From Nemertoderma westbladi (Eukaryota; Animalia; Xenacoelomorpha), in the NCBI GenBank assembly GCA_032718475.1, contig JAUCBJ010007198.1, positions 1 to 33,727 on the forward strand: a stretch of 33,727 bases of DNA. The letters are read 5' to 3'. The notes under the pieces are model-generated. The model did no database searches. It was given only the letters and a program-made list of their open reading frames with translations, and was not told the origin of the DNA. Both the position numbers and the translations under genes were made by a program. Shown here one piece after another: positions 11,576 to 23,034 of this stretch. Within the stretch, counting starts at the first letter, position 1. Each line of letters starts with the position of its first letter.

Positions 11576-14500
11576 CAGTCGGGCACTTTGTCAATATTGA
11601 CATGTGTCAATATTGACATGTAGAGCCAGTTTCTCCAGGATGGGGCATGTCAAAATTGACATGGACATGTCAATATTGACATTTTTTTACCTGACGTGTT
11701 CAAATATTTCCAGACGTGTTTTTTAAATATAAAAATCGAAATTATAAGTAAATTAGAAACTTTTGACCGTGCGGAAATTTTTTTCACCGTGCCGTTTAGT
11801 TAATATAAATACTTAAAGTTTTTCTCATGTTAAAATTGACATACATGTCAAAATTGACATGTAATGATGAGAACAGAAGTGTGGGGTTAGGCCACACCAC
11901 CCTATAGACTAGGCCTATACTATAACTGTATAACTAGGCAGCTAGGTATAATTTATACCTGACAAAGACTGAAAGATACATCAGTACATACTGACAGATT
12001 GCTGGATTACGCTTAGGCCTAATGTTTTTATAATATATCTTAGGCTATACGGTACTTACAGTCTTATCCACTTAACACATAACACCCACCGTGTCTGCCG
12101 TGTAACAGCTTTTAATAATTTGGTAACAATAAATTTATCATCTCTGGTTCCCTGCCTGCTTGCTGCCTTGAGACATGGGGGGGGGGGGGGGGGGGGACTT
12201 GACGCAAAACCTGCCTTCTGGCCTTGTCGAATTGATATCCCACCTCATTCAGTCATTGTTAAATTCTCAATTTAGGGAAAGGAGCAGGTTACAGTGGCAC
12301 GTTATTTTAACCAAAAAAATAAACTAACACAATAGAACAGGTTACAGTTTTATTTTTGAGAGTAATCATATGTTATTTGCGTCCAATTTCCCCTGGAGAG
12401 GGATGAATTTTTATTGCGTCCAGTTCCCCCCCCCCCCCACCCCAACCATCTCTCGTACCTCCCAGCTGCCCAGTGTCTGAGTGTTGTTGTTTATCAGTAT
12501 TGGCGATTGGCTTGGCATGTTACAGTGTTAACAGCTACTGTATGTTTTCAGGGTGGTCTGATCGCATTTATATTATTTGGCATTTAGTTTCAGTATCTAT
12601 CGGTATGGTATACCTTATCAACCGTTTCAACAGTCCTTTTCAGTATTTCCCATGCTGTACAGCTGTACGAAGGCCTAGCTGAATTGTTTCAACAATTCGT
12701 GTTTGCATGGTTGGAAAATTGCGACGATCGCAAAGGCTTTTCAAAGGCAAAAGCATTTCACATGCTGCGCAAAGGCCTGGATAATTTCTCAGCTATTTCA
12801 GTATTTATCAAGCTGCACAAAGACCTCTGAACAATTTAAACAGCTCATTTCAGCATTTATCATGCTTTACGAATTCCTTTTAACAGTTTCAACAGCTCTT
12901 TTCAGCCTTTCTCATGCTGCATGAAGTCATGAAGGTCTCTGAACAGTTCTATCTAACAGCTATTTTCAACATTTCTCATGTTGCGCGAAGCCCTCGGACT
13001 GTCGGAACAATTTCAACTGTTCTTTTCAGCATTTATCATGCTGCATGAAGGATTCTGAACAGTTTTATTAGCTCTTCTCAGTATTTCTCATGCTGCATGA
13101 AGGCCTCTAAACAGATTCGACAGCTATTTTCGGTATCCTCATACTGCACGAAGTCCTCTGAACAACTTCAAATGTTATTTTCAACATTTATCATGCTGCC
13201 TTGAGGACTCTGAACAGTTTTATCAGCTCATTTCAGTATTTATCATGCTGCATGGAATGCCTTTTAGCAGTTCCAACAGCCCTTTTCAGCATTTATCATG
13301 CTGCACGAAGGCACCTGAACAGTTTCAACAGCTATTTTCAGCATTCTCATATTCCACAAAGCCCTCTGAACAACTTCAAATGTTATTTTCAGCATTTATC
13401 ATGCTGCATGAAGGACTCTGAACAGTTTCATCAGCTCTTTTCAGTATTTATCATGCTGCATTAAGGCCTTTTAGCAGTTTCAACAGCCATTTTCAGCATT
13501 TATCATGCTGCATGATGCATGAAGGCATCTGAACAGTTTCAACAGCTATTTTCAGCATTTATCATGCTGCCTTGAGGACTCTGAACAGTTGTATCAGCTA
13601 TTTTCAGTATTTATCATGCTGCATGAAGGCCTTTTAACAGTTTCAACAGCAATTTTCAGCATTTATCATGCTGCACGAAGGCATCTGAACAGTTTCAACA
13701 GCTATTTTCGGCATTCTCATATTCCACAAAGCCCTCTGAACAACTTCAAATGTTATTTTCAGCATTTATCATGCTTCCTGAAGGACTCTGAACAGTTTTA
13801 TCAGCTCTTTTCAGTATTTCTCATGCTACATGAAGGCATTTTAGCAGTTTCAACAGCCATTTTCAGCATTTATCATGCTGCATGAAGGCCTCTGAACAGT
13901 TTCAACAGCTATTTGCAGCATTTATCATGCTGCCTTGAGGACTCTGAACAGTTGTATCAGCTCTTTTCAGTATTTATCATGCTGCATGAAGGCCTTTTAG
14001 CAGTTTCAACAGCCCTTTTTCAGCTTTTATCATGCTGCACGAAGGCAGCTGAACAGTTTCAACAGCTATTTTCGGCATTCTCATATTGTACAAAGCCCTC
14101 TGAACGACTTCAAATGTTATTTTCAGCATTTATCATGCTGCATGAAGGCCTCTGAACAGTTTCAACAGCTATTTTCAGCATTTATCATGCTGCGTTGAGG
14201 ACTCTGAACAGTTGTATCAGCTCTTTTCAGTATTTATCATGCTGCATGAAGGCCTTTTAGCAGTTTCAACAGCCCTTTTCAGCTTTTATCATGCTGCACG
14301 AAGGCAGCTGAACAGTTTCAACAGCTATTTTCGGCATTCTCATATTGTACAAAGCCCTCTGAACGACTTCAAATGTTATTTTCAGCATTTATCATGCTGC
14401 ATGAAGGACTCTGAACAGTTTTATCAGCTCTTTTCAGTATTTCTCATGCTCATGAAGGCCTTTTAGCAGTTTTAACAGCCCTTTTCAGCATTTATCGTGA

Positions 14501-15269
14501 TGCACGAAGGACTCTGAACAGTTTTATCAGCTCTTTTCAGTATTTCTCATGCTCATGAAGGCCTTTTAGCAGTTTTAACAGCCCTTTTCAGCATTTATCA
14601 TGCTGCACGAAGGCCTCTGAGCAGCTTTGAGAGATATTTTATGTATTTTTTCAAACTGTGCGAAGGCCCCTGTGCCCTGGGCAGTTTTATCAGTTCTTTT
14701 CAGTTTTTCTCATGATACATGAAACCCTCTGAACAATTTCAACTGCACTTTTCAGCATTTGCCATGCTGCACAAAGGACTATGAACAGTTTTAGTAGCTC
14801 TTTTTCAGTATTTAACATGCTGCGCGAAGGCCTGAACTGCTGAATAGTTTCAAAAGCTCATTTCAGTATTTATAATGCAGCAAGAATGCCTCTAACTAAA
14901 GCGTTTTGACAGCTTGTTTCAGTATTTGTGATGCTACTTGAAGGCCTCTAAATAGATTTGGTGGGGGTGAAATGAGCATAAGAACCCAGCGTTCATCAGT
15001 TCATGTCAATATTGACATTAGATGTCAATATTGACATGCAATAAAACATATCATTAAAATTATTACAAACAACAATATACATTGGTTGGATTCAACAATA
15101 TTTTAATTAAAATAGATATTCTCTTTACAAAATTCTCTTTACAAAATTTTTTAAATCACAATATTTAAAAAATTTATGATCAAAACATGTCAATATTGAC
15201 ATCATGTCAATTTTGACATGGAACATGTCAATATTGACAACATGTCAATATTGACAAAGTGCCCGACTG
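11576..15269. mobile_element. Non-autonomous TIR element (about 3.7 kb) with a 5-bp TSD, carrying a satellite
   Basis: 27-bp perfect TIR CAGTCGGGCACTTTGTCAATATTGACA; TSD GCAGT at 11571-11575 and 15270-15274; about six copies of the palindrome TGTCAA(T/A)ATTGACA near each end. Confidence 0.88.
12620..14950 (+). repeat. 52-bp satellite, about 45 copies, with higher-order structure
   Basis: Unit approximately TTTCAGCATTTATCATGCTGCATGAAGGACTCTGAACAGTTTTATCAGCTCT, with starts at 13027, 13079 and 13131. Internal dyad CAGCAT-n5-ATGCTG. The TTGAGGACTC variant recurs every 5-7 units, and the array edges are more diverged. Confidence 0.93.
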
Positions 15270-18037
15270 GCAGTACTGCAGCACTGTTACTGTCAGACTG
15301 TAACCTGATCAGCTGACTGCACTGCAACATTCCTGCTTACAGGCCCCTGTCAGCCTGTATACTTGTAGTAGGGTGGGTTATTGTTCATATGCATACCGAC
15401 CTGACCGATGGTGTTACAGTGGTGGTGTTTTCTAACCAAAACAATAAACTAATCTCCATTACTTAATTAACGGAAAGGAGCAGGTTACAGTGGTGGCCTT
15501 TTCTAACCAAAACAATAAACGGTCACTTTACCAAATCAGGGAAAGGAGCAGGTCACAGAGGCGGGATTTTCAGGTCGGTACGGATATGAACTATAACTGT
15601 AGGGTGTATTCCTACTTTACTATAAAATTTTACGGCAGAAGAGGACGATGTGCCCTTCGCGCAGCACGTGAAAGAACAAATAAACTGTCTTTTCTAGAAA
15701 GATACTTTATCTAATGTCTAAAGCGGAATTTTAGTGGTGGATAAAAAACGGCCTTGGTCCTGAAAAACATCTTACGTGTGGTCGCTGCTCCATGGGAATG
15801 AAATTACCAACGAGGAAGTCCCGTATATCGGAATTGTGGCATTGTGGCATTTTATACGAAGCATTCCGGTATTATTCATGCCGGTTGCCGGTATGGATGC
15901 CGGTATTATTCATGGGTACCGGTAGGCCTACTGGTACCGGTACCGTAATCAATAATTAATCAATTTTTAATAATTGTTTTTATTAGTTCATTGTGTAATT
16001 TTATTTTATAGGCATAAGTAATTTTTAATAATTGATCGTTTTTAATACGTTTTTTTAAGTCAATTACGAAAATTATTATTAAGCAATTAGGCCTATTACA
16101 CAATGCGTATTTTTAGGAATTGTGGCATTTTATGTACTAATTAATATTTTTTAATTTAATCAATACATCAATAGGCCTAATTAAGTCAATTTTTTCATTA
16201 TTTGGTATATCTTAATAGTTAATTAGCAGTCTTAGTAAATTAGGTCATTGATATATAGAATATTACTGTGCAATCTATGTTTGCGAATCAGGTCTCATCT
16301 AGGATCTATTATTGTTATCACAGAATCAAGGGCATAGATAGATAGACTGAAGAAGACTGAGGAATTGCTTTTGGAAGAACAATACTTTTAAATGGGAATG
16401 GTGTGTTTTAAAAGTTCTTTGGCAGTTTGGTGGCGGTAGCGCTCTAACTAAATATGTGGGGCTTTGGGCAGTTGGGAGCAGCAATCAGCTTATTTTGAAT
16501 CAAAATTATAAGTTAATGTTCTAAGGAAGCCGGTAAATTGACCAAATTTCTAAGTGGTTTCCTATAGGAAGCGGTAAATCGACCAAAAATACAAAAATTT
16601 TACAAGTGGTTTGCCACGGGAACTGGTAAAATGACATTTAAAAAAATTTGTTGCTCGATGGCAATGAAGCGGGATGACCCGAACGAGAAAGTAAAATTGC
16701 AATTGTTCCTATAGAGGTTTAGTTGGAATTGTGGCCCATACTTGTTGCATGTATGAATTATAATTTTGAGTTAATTTCGTACTTTTTAAATAATATAAGC
16801 CTAACTTACACTATAATTATGTTGTGAATTACTTTACAGTAATCTGCTCCCACTTCCCCAAACACCAACCTATTTAGCTGTTTAGTTAGCGCTACCGCCC
16901 GCTAACCAACACTTGTCATGTAAAGGTATTTTTTCTTCCAAAATCAATTCCTCTCAGTCTATGCCCTTGATTAAGAAATCTAATTATTTCAAAGTTTGTT
17001 TATAAGGTCTAACATAATAATACTGTAGTAGTAATAACGATAGAAAAACAATACAAAATCCAAGATGTGACCTGATTCGCATACATAGATTGCACAGTAA
17101 TATTCTATATAATTACCTAATTAACTAAAATTCTTAATTAACTATTAAGAAACTATTAAGAAATGCCAAATAATGAAAAAATTGATTAATTATTGATGTA
17201 TAATTTATGTTGTTATGGATGCACATTGTCCTCTTCTGCCGTAAAATTTTGTAGTAAAGTAAAGTAAAGAAGGCCCTACAAGTATACAATGGCTTAAGCC
17301 TGTAAGCATGATGGTTGCAGTGCAGTCAGCTGGTCAGGTTGCAGTGCAGTCAGCTGGTCAGGTTGCAGTAGGGAGTAGTACTATAATAATAGTATAGGAT
17401 GGAGGGGAGGCCCCAAATAGGAATGAGCCCAATGCAGTAAGAGTACTATAAGTTGATCATAACAAAAATGGAGAATAGGTTTATCTGCGCCAATGGTGGG
17501 ATCTGGCCATATTGCAGTGGCACAGATTCCTGTTATCCCCAAAACAAAGTTTTGATATCTTCCAAAGTTTGGGACTATTTGATGAAAGAAACATGGACCA
17601 CAGGTTATCGTTCATATGCGCAACGCACCTCTGCTATCTATATTCCATGCACAGTTCACTGAAAGCATACTTTGCTCTGGTTGAACCGTAGTTTGGACTG
17701 GTATATCGCATATATGGTACCGGTGTAACAATTATATACTGTATGTATATCAGTATGAAACAATACACAAGCAGGCCTGACATTACAGTATTACGAAAAA
17801 TAAATACTAACACCAGATGCCCGAAAATTAAATTCCCCATTGTAAGTAAAGTTATCGTTAAAGTATCAATATATTTAGAGAGTTGCTTATGAGACCATGC
17901 TTCTAGTTATATTATATAGGAATAGGTTGTAGGTTGAACTGTTCACTGGTAAATATCATTAACTCATTGCTCATCATAGGCCTACCATATTAGAATCTAG
18001 CTTTCTAAATTGAATACTGCAACATCATTATTTAATC

Positions 18038-20542
18038 ATGGATGATTGGGATGAAGGAACCTCTTTTGGTGGGATGGCTGGAGTGCAGAACAATACCAAT
18101 GCACCCATCAGTTCTTCACGTGGATTTGGTGCAGGTCGTGGCTTTAGTTTTGGGGATTCTTCTGGTTCTACATCTAAACCATCGTTTGAGTTCCAGTCTT
18201 CTGGGGGCTTTCAATCCTCTACAAGTCGTAGTGGTAGTGGCGATAATAAGTGCTTCAACTGTCAAGAGACAGGTCATATGTCCAGGGACTGTCCTAAAGA
18301 GAAAGTAAGCAGAGGAGGTGGTGGAGGTAATAAGTGCTTTAATTGCCAGGAGGAAGGTCATATGTCTAGAGATTGCACTAAGGAAAGAGTAAGCAGAGGA
18401 GGTGGTGGTGGTAATAAGTGCTTTAATTGCCAGGAGGAAGGCCATATGTCTAGAGATTGCACTAAGGAAAGAGTAAGCAGAGGAGGTGGTGGAGGTAATA
18501 AGTGTTTTAATTGCCAGGAGGAAGGTCATATGTCTAGAGATTGCACTAAAGAAAGAGTAAGCAGAGGAGGTGGTGGAGGTAATAAGTGCTTTAATTGCCA
18601 GGAGGAAGGTCATATGTCTAGAGATTGCACTAAGGAAAGGGTAGCTAGAGGAGGTGGTTCAATGAAATGTTATAAATGTAACAATGAAGGACACATGTCA
18701 AGAGATTGTACAGAAAATTCCTCTAGTGGTGGTTTTGCCTCATCTAGTGTGGGTTTTGGTGGATCTAGTGGGGACCAGTCGGGAGGATTTGATTGGAAAG
18801 CAGCAACAGACACTGGTGGCTCTGGAGGATTTGGTACAGGCAATGCAACTACTAGTAATACTAATTCTTCTTCTGGCTGCAGAAAATGCGGTGAAGATGG
18901 GCATTTTGCTCGGGAATGTCCAAATGCAGGCAGTCCGTCGAAGGGTGGCACAGGTTGCTTCAAATGTGGAGAGGAGGGCCATTTTTCTCGTGAATGTCCC
19001 AATGCTCCCGCATCATCAAAAGGTTGCTTTAAGTGCCAAGGTGATCATTTAGCCAGGGACTGTGAGATTCCTGATGATCCCAATAAACCGAAAGCAGTGA
19101 CATATGTTCCTGAAGAAGTAGATGAAGCTGGAATATTTCAAACTGGTGTTTCCATGGGGATTAATTTCGATAAATATTTCCACATCAATGTTGAAATCAA
19201 TGGCGCAAATCCATTATCACCTATTGATACCTTTGATCAAGCACAACTTCTTGACACACTTAAATCGAATGTTAAAAAAGCAGGCTACTTGAAGCCAACC
19301 CCTGTCCAACGTTATGCTATACCAAATATTTTAAATCAAAGGGATATCATGGCCTGTGCTCAAACTGGAAGTGGGAAAACAGCTGCTTTCCTTCTGCCTA
19401 TTTTAACAGGGATGATGCAAGATGGTCTTGTTTCAGGGAGTATGTCTGCAGTTCAGGAACCGCAAGCTCTTGTAATATCTCCCACGAGAGAATTGACCAT
19501 TCAAATTTTCAATGAAGCTAAGAAATTCTCCCACTCAACAATCATTCGACCTTGTGTTGTTTATGGTGGAGTCAGTGTTGCACATCAGACAATGCAACTC
19601 AAAAAAGGATGTAACCTATTGGTGGGAACACCAGGTCGTCTAAAGCAGTTTGTAAATGAGGGCCGTGTTAGTTTGGCTAAAGTGAAATACTTTGTCTTGG
19701 ATGAAGCTGATAGAATGCTTGATATGGGTTTTATGGGAGACATCAAGGAGATAGTTAATAACCATGGTATGATGCCTAAAGGTGAACGCCTTACACTTAT
19801 GTTCAGTGCGACATTCCCAGTTGAAATCCAACAGGCTGCTGCTGAATTCCTCAATAACTATTTGTTCCTCAAAGTTGGAAGAGTTGGAGGTGCCAATACT
19901 GATGTGAAGCAAGTGCTTTTTGAAGCTGATAGTCAGAGTGATAAACAAGCCAAGCTTTTTGAAATTCTTAATAAGTCACCAACTGATCGAGTTCTCGTTT
20001 TTGTTGAGAAGAAGCGGACCGCTGATTTCCTGGCTAGTCTTTTGTGCCAGAAGGATTTCCCCACTACCAGTATTCATGGAGACAGGGAACAGAGAGAGCG
20101 TGAAGAGGCTCTGCGTGATTTTAAGTCTGGCCAGAAACCGGTTTGTGTTGCTACATCAGTGGCTGCTCGGGGTCTAGACATACCCAAAGTGGAGCATGTG
20201 GTAAATTACGATTTGCCTAAGGAGATTGACGAATATGTACATCGTATTGGTCGAACTGGACGTGTTGGGAATCTAGGGACCGCAACTTCCTTCTTTAATG
20301 CTGATGAAGATTCTGCTCTGGTGAGAAGTTTAGTGGAGGTGTTAAAAAACGCCAACCAGGAGGTTCCAGACTTCCTGGAACGAGCGGCATACAGTGCTGT
20401 CGGTACAACATCTGCATTCAGTTCAGAGTCTAGAGATATTCGAAGAGGTGGAGGCAGTCGAATGACCAATGGATCCAGCCAAGATGTGGGTGGATTCGGA
20501 GGTGGTGGTTTTGGTACAGATCCTGGAGATTCCTGGGACTAA
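18038..20542 (+). CDS. vasa: Vasa/DDX4 germline DEAD-box RNA helicase, 834 aa, single coding exon
   Basis: MDDWD start; Gly/Phe/RGG-rich N-terminus; 9 CCHC knuckles; GINFDKY; Q motif (GYLKPTPVQ); AQTGSGKT, PTREL, TPGRL, DEAD, SAT, IHGDREQRERE, ARGLD and HRIGRTGR; acidic Trp C-terminus (GDSWD). The knuckles and terminal motifs distinguish it from PL10/DDX3. Confidence 0.97.
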   Translation: MDDWDEGTSFGGMAGVQNNTNAPISSSRGFGAGRGFSFGDSSGSTSKPSFEFQSSGGFQSSTSRSGSGDNKCFNCQETGHMSRDCPKEKVSRGGGGGNKCFNCQEEGHMSRDCTKERVSRGGGGGNKCFNCQEEGHMSRDCTKERVSRGGGGGNKCFNCQEEGHMSRDCTKERVSRGGGGGNKCFNCQEEGHMSRDCTKERVARGGGSMKCYKCNNEGHMSRDCTENSSSGGFASSSVGFGGSSGDQSGGFDWKAATDTGGSGGFGTGNATTSNTNSSSGCRKCGEDGHFARECPNAGSPSKGGTGCFKCGEEGHFSRECPNAPASSKGCFKCQGDHLARDCEIPDDPNKPKAVTYVPEEVDEAGIFQTGVSMGINFDKYFHINVEINGANPLSPIDTFDQAQLLDTLKSNVKKAGYLKPTPVQRYAIPNILNQRDIMACAQTGSGKTAAFLLPILTGMMQDGLVSGSMSAVQEPQALVISPTRELTIQIFNEAKKFSHSTIIRPCVVYGGVSVAHQTMQLKKGCNLLVGTPGRLKQFVNEGRVSLAKVKYFVLDEADRMLDMGFMGDIKEIVNNHGMMPKGERLTLMFSATFPVEIQQAAAEFLNNYLFLKVGRVGGANTDVKQVLFEADSQSDKQAKLFEILNKSPTDRVLVFVEKKRTADFLASLLCQKDFPTTSIHGDREQREREEALRDFKSGQKPVCVATSVAARGLDIPKVEHVVNYDLPKEIDEYVHRIGRTGRVGNLGTATSFFNADEDSALVRSLVEVLKNANQEVPDFLERAAYSAVGTTSAFSSESRDIRRGGGSRMTNGSSQDVGGFGGGGFGTDPGDSWD
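18245..18664 (+). repeat. 84-bp coding tandem repeat (5 copies), each encoding a CCHC knuckle plus an SRGGGGG linker
   Basis: AATAAGTG starts at 18245, 18329, 18413, 18497 and 18581. Confidence 0.95.
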
Positions 20543-20933
20543 ACAAGGGGTAATCTCAAGGAATGGGGTTGATTCAGAAGATTCATACTAAACTAATGCA
20601 GCTGTACTTGGCTGTTTTGATTAAACAGCCCGGATGACTTTGAAACTGGTGATGCTGTGCGTGTTTGATATCCATTGTTGTTATTGTTATATTTTGCTGG
20701 TTACATTTCATAGTGCCAGTGCTTACTCATCTGACTCCATTAATTAATGTAACGAAATGAAAGCGATTCTTCACACTGTTTTGATCCCAATAGGTTCAGT
20801 TTTCTTACACTGGATGGTGAGATTGGATTTGTGTTATCGTTGAAACCAATACCTGAGAGATGGGCATGCACTGTGCAGTGAATTATTGAATGATTTTGTG
20901 GGCCTTTCCATATTTTGTTATCTCTGCCATGTA

Positions 20934-20939
20934 AATAAA
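20934..20939 (+). terminator. Candidate vasa polyadenylation signal
   Basis: AATAAA about 390 nt after the stop, followed by GT-rich sequence; the actual site could lie further downstream. Confidence 0.4.
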
Positions 20940-21179
20940 TTGGTGTGTAATTGTAGTATATCCAGAAGTGAATATATATATAGTTATATATACCTCAGAT
21001 ATAGTTATAAACAATGCATGCATAAGGTGATGTTATTAATCTAATGGCGTAATGGCAATGCTCTCCCATTATGTCTAGATAGATACCGGTACTAAAATCG
21101 AATGAATGAAATTCACGTAATATTTTCCACATGCCAGAACCTCTAGGGTTTGATGTAAGTGCTCGTATATAAAATATTT

Positions 21180-21269
21180 ATGTACCCAAGCACGTTAAAC
21201 ATATTCACACTAGTGTCTGGCCATAGTCCATGTACCCAAGCACAATGAACATATTCACACTAGTGTCTG
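21180..21269 (+). repeat. Tandem duplication, period 50 bp
   Basis: ATGTACCCAAGCAC...AACATATTCACACTAGTGTCTG at 21180 and 21230. Confidence 0.85.
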
Positions 21270-21979
21270 TCTCATACAACATTTTGGTGATGACCATTTT
21301 GGCTTCTGTAACTCTACTCAAAGTTCTCCAAAAATTGAGTATGTGACGCTGTGTTTTGCAGAGTGGCACATTGGTGTAAATATGATGACGGTTTTAAAGT
21401 GAATCAAATTGTTATTTTGATTTTTTGTATAAAACTTGTTTTGTGATGTAGTTTTACAAAATTAGCTTGGTCTGTAAAATGGCAAATATTTGAAACGTTT
21501 ATTTCAAGAGTTCGATTTTTATGTGCTCGCTAACTCTACTGTGGATTATATTTAATTACCTGAGGCATGATTTTGTATGGTAGTAAGCTAGTGACCACAT
21601 GTTGAAGAAGCACATCTTTAATTATATAATTAATGTTTATTATTTCATAATATAACATGAATTGTTACCTGCAGTTTATTTTATGTGCAAGTGGTTGTAA
21701 TGCAGTGAATAAGTTCTTGGGTGAGCTTTTTATATATTTTCTCATTCATGGCATTCATTGATTTCGTTTGGGTGTTAGATATCGACAGCCCATGGAACTG
21801 GTTATCAAATAATCGAAATATAATGTGTATCAACAATTTGGGTGGGGGAGGGGAAACCATGTCAGCTTGCTAAGTGCGTTTTCACTGTGTTAATTATACC
21901 ACTTTCTGATCCTAAGATCAAGTCAGCACTTTAGCATGTTTGTTCGTGTTTGAATAATTAATAGTAAGGATTGGTTCGC

Positions 21980-22052
21980 ATTATTTATTATGATTATATA
22001 TACCATTATATTATATATATATATATATGATTATATATATTATGATTATATA
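21980..22052. repeat. TA-rich microsatellite/low-complexity tract
   Basis: (TA)n with recurring TATGATTATATA. Confidence 0.8.
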
Positions 22053-23034
22053 CCAGTGTTTCTTGCGGAGTTAAGTATATTATGTTGTTTTACTTCACAA
22101 TATACTGTATATTGGTTCAACGAGTACCTGAGGTACTATGCAGATGATGCATTCAGAGATACACTATACTGGTCTGTGACCTCTTTGCTTCTTGTGGATT
22201 ATAATCCTATTTGATATAAGGAGGTGCAATTCGATTTGGTGCTATTCACATATACTTTTAGGAGATTCATTATTTTATGTATAAGAAAGAATAATGTGAT
22301 TATATGTTTTACTTAAAATTTTCCTAGTGTAAACCTACTGTATATATGAACCGGTATACAATTTTTTATCATTGCAATGCAGATTCACGGTTTAAGTTTG
22401 GTGCCAATACAAACTATGCAATAGTGCTGACTGCCAATATTTTTAAATTTCAAATAGAGTTTGGATATTTTTCGTGCATTATTTTCGTTACATTTCTTGT
22501 GGGTTACATACATACAATACAACCGTAGATAAAACAGTAGGAGTTATTCTGCACTCATTATTTTTAAAAATAGAAAATAAAATTGTTGTCATTGACGTAC
22601 ATACACTAACTTTTTTCGTGGGTATATGTAGAGTAGACCTCAGTACAACATGTAACTATTTAAATTTTTCGTCATTTTGAGAAAAATTACATTTTGCGTT
22701 TATTAATGTGGCTGAATGAATATCATACCCATCTTGTGGGGAAGCGGCCAATTCTCGAAGAACCTGATAATGTATTAGTTCTTACTGAGGCTTAGTATGG
22801 AATAGTAGGTTATAAACTTTTTGCTGAGTTAAAGACTACTCGTTTCACATTAATCTCGGAATTTGCCACTTTGCTACTTGTTGTTTTGAGGTTTTCTTAT
22901 ATAAATCCTTTTGGAAGGAGAGGGGGGGGGGGGGGGGGGGGGGGGGTGGTCTACAAGTGACGTAAGATTGTAAACGCGGTGGGCCTCCGATTTACGAATT
23001 GCCTTATTTACGATGTACCTGTACGTTAATATAG

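Larger units (their letters stand above)
11450..17429. mobile_element. Old diverged foldback (long inverted repeat) element, interrupted by the 11576-15269 insertion
   Basis: Collinear inverted blocks: 11450-11555/17365-17429, 15297-15375/17272-17345, 15613-15653/17221-17262, about 16160-16320/17040-17200 and 16325-16490/16843-16972. The spacer is about 16500-16835. No TSD was found. Confidence 0.75.

Noticed and set aside
6031-12296. Apparent CACTG...CAGTG (CACTA/EnSpm-like) element formed by the inverted similarity of 6031-6135 and 12175-12296
   Set aside because: It would overlap rather than nest with TSD-supported 11576-15269 and with the element ending at 6657. Motif conservation also continues past CAGTG in other copies.
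13201-14466. ORFs within the 52-bp satellite
   Set aside because: They are short, frame-rotating translations of a unit not divisible by 3.
18042-20469. Alternative-frame and antisense ORFs overlapping vasa
   Set aside because: They are shadows of the real CDS with no independent motifs.
22913-22948. Polypurine/poly-G run followed by TG, like a PPT-3' LTR junction
   Set aside because: No pol lies upstream, and similar G/C homopolymers occur at about 6115, 12176 and 12426.
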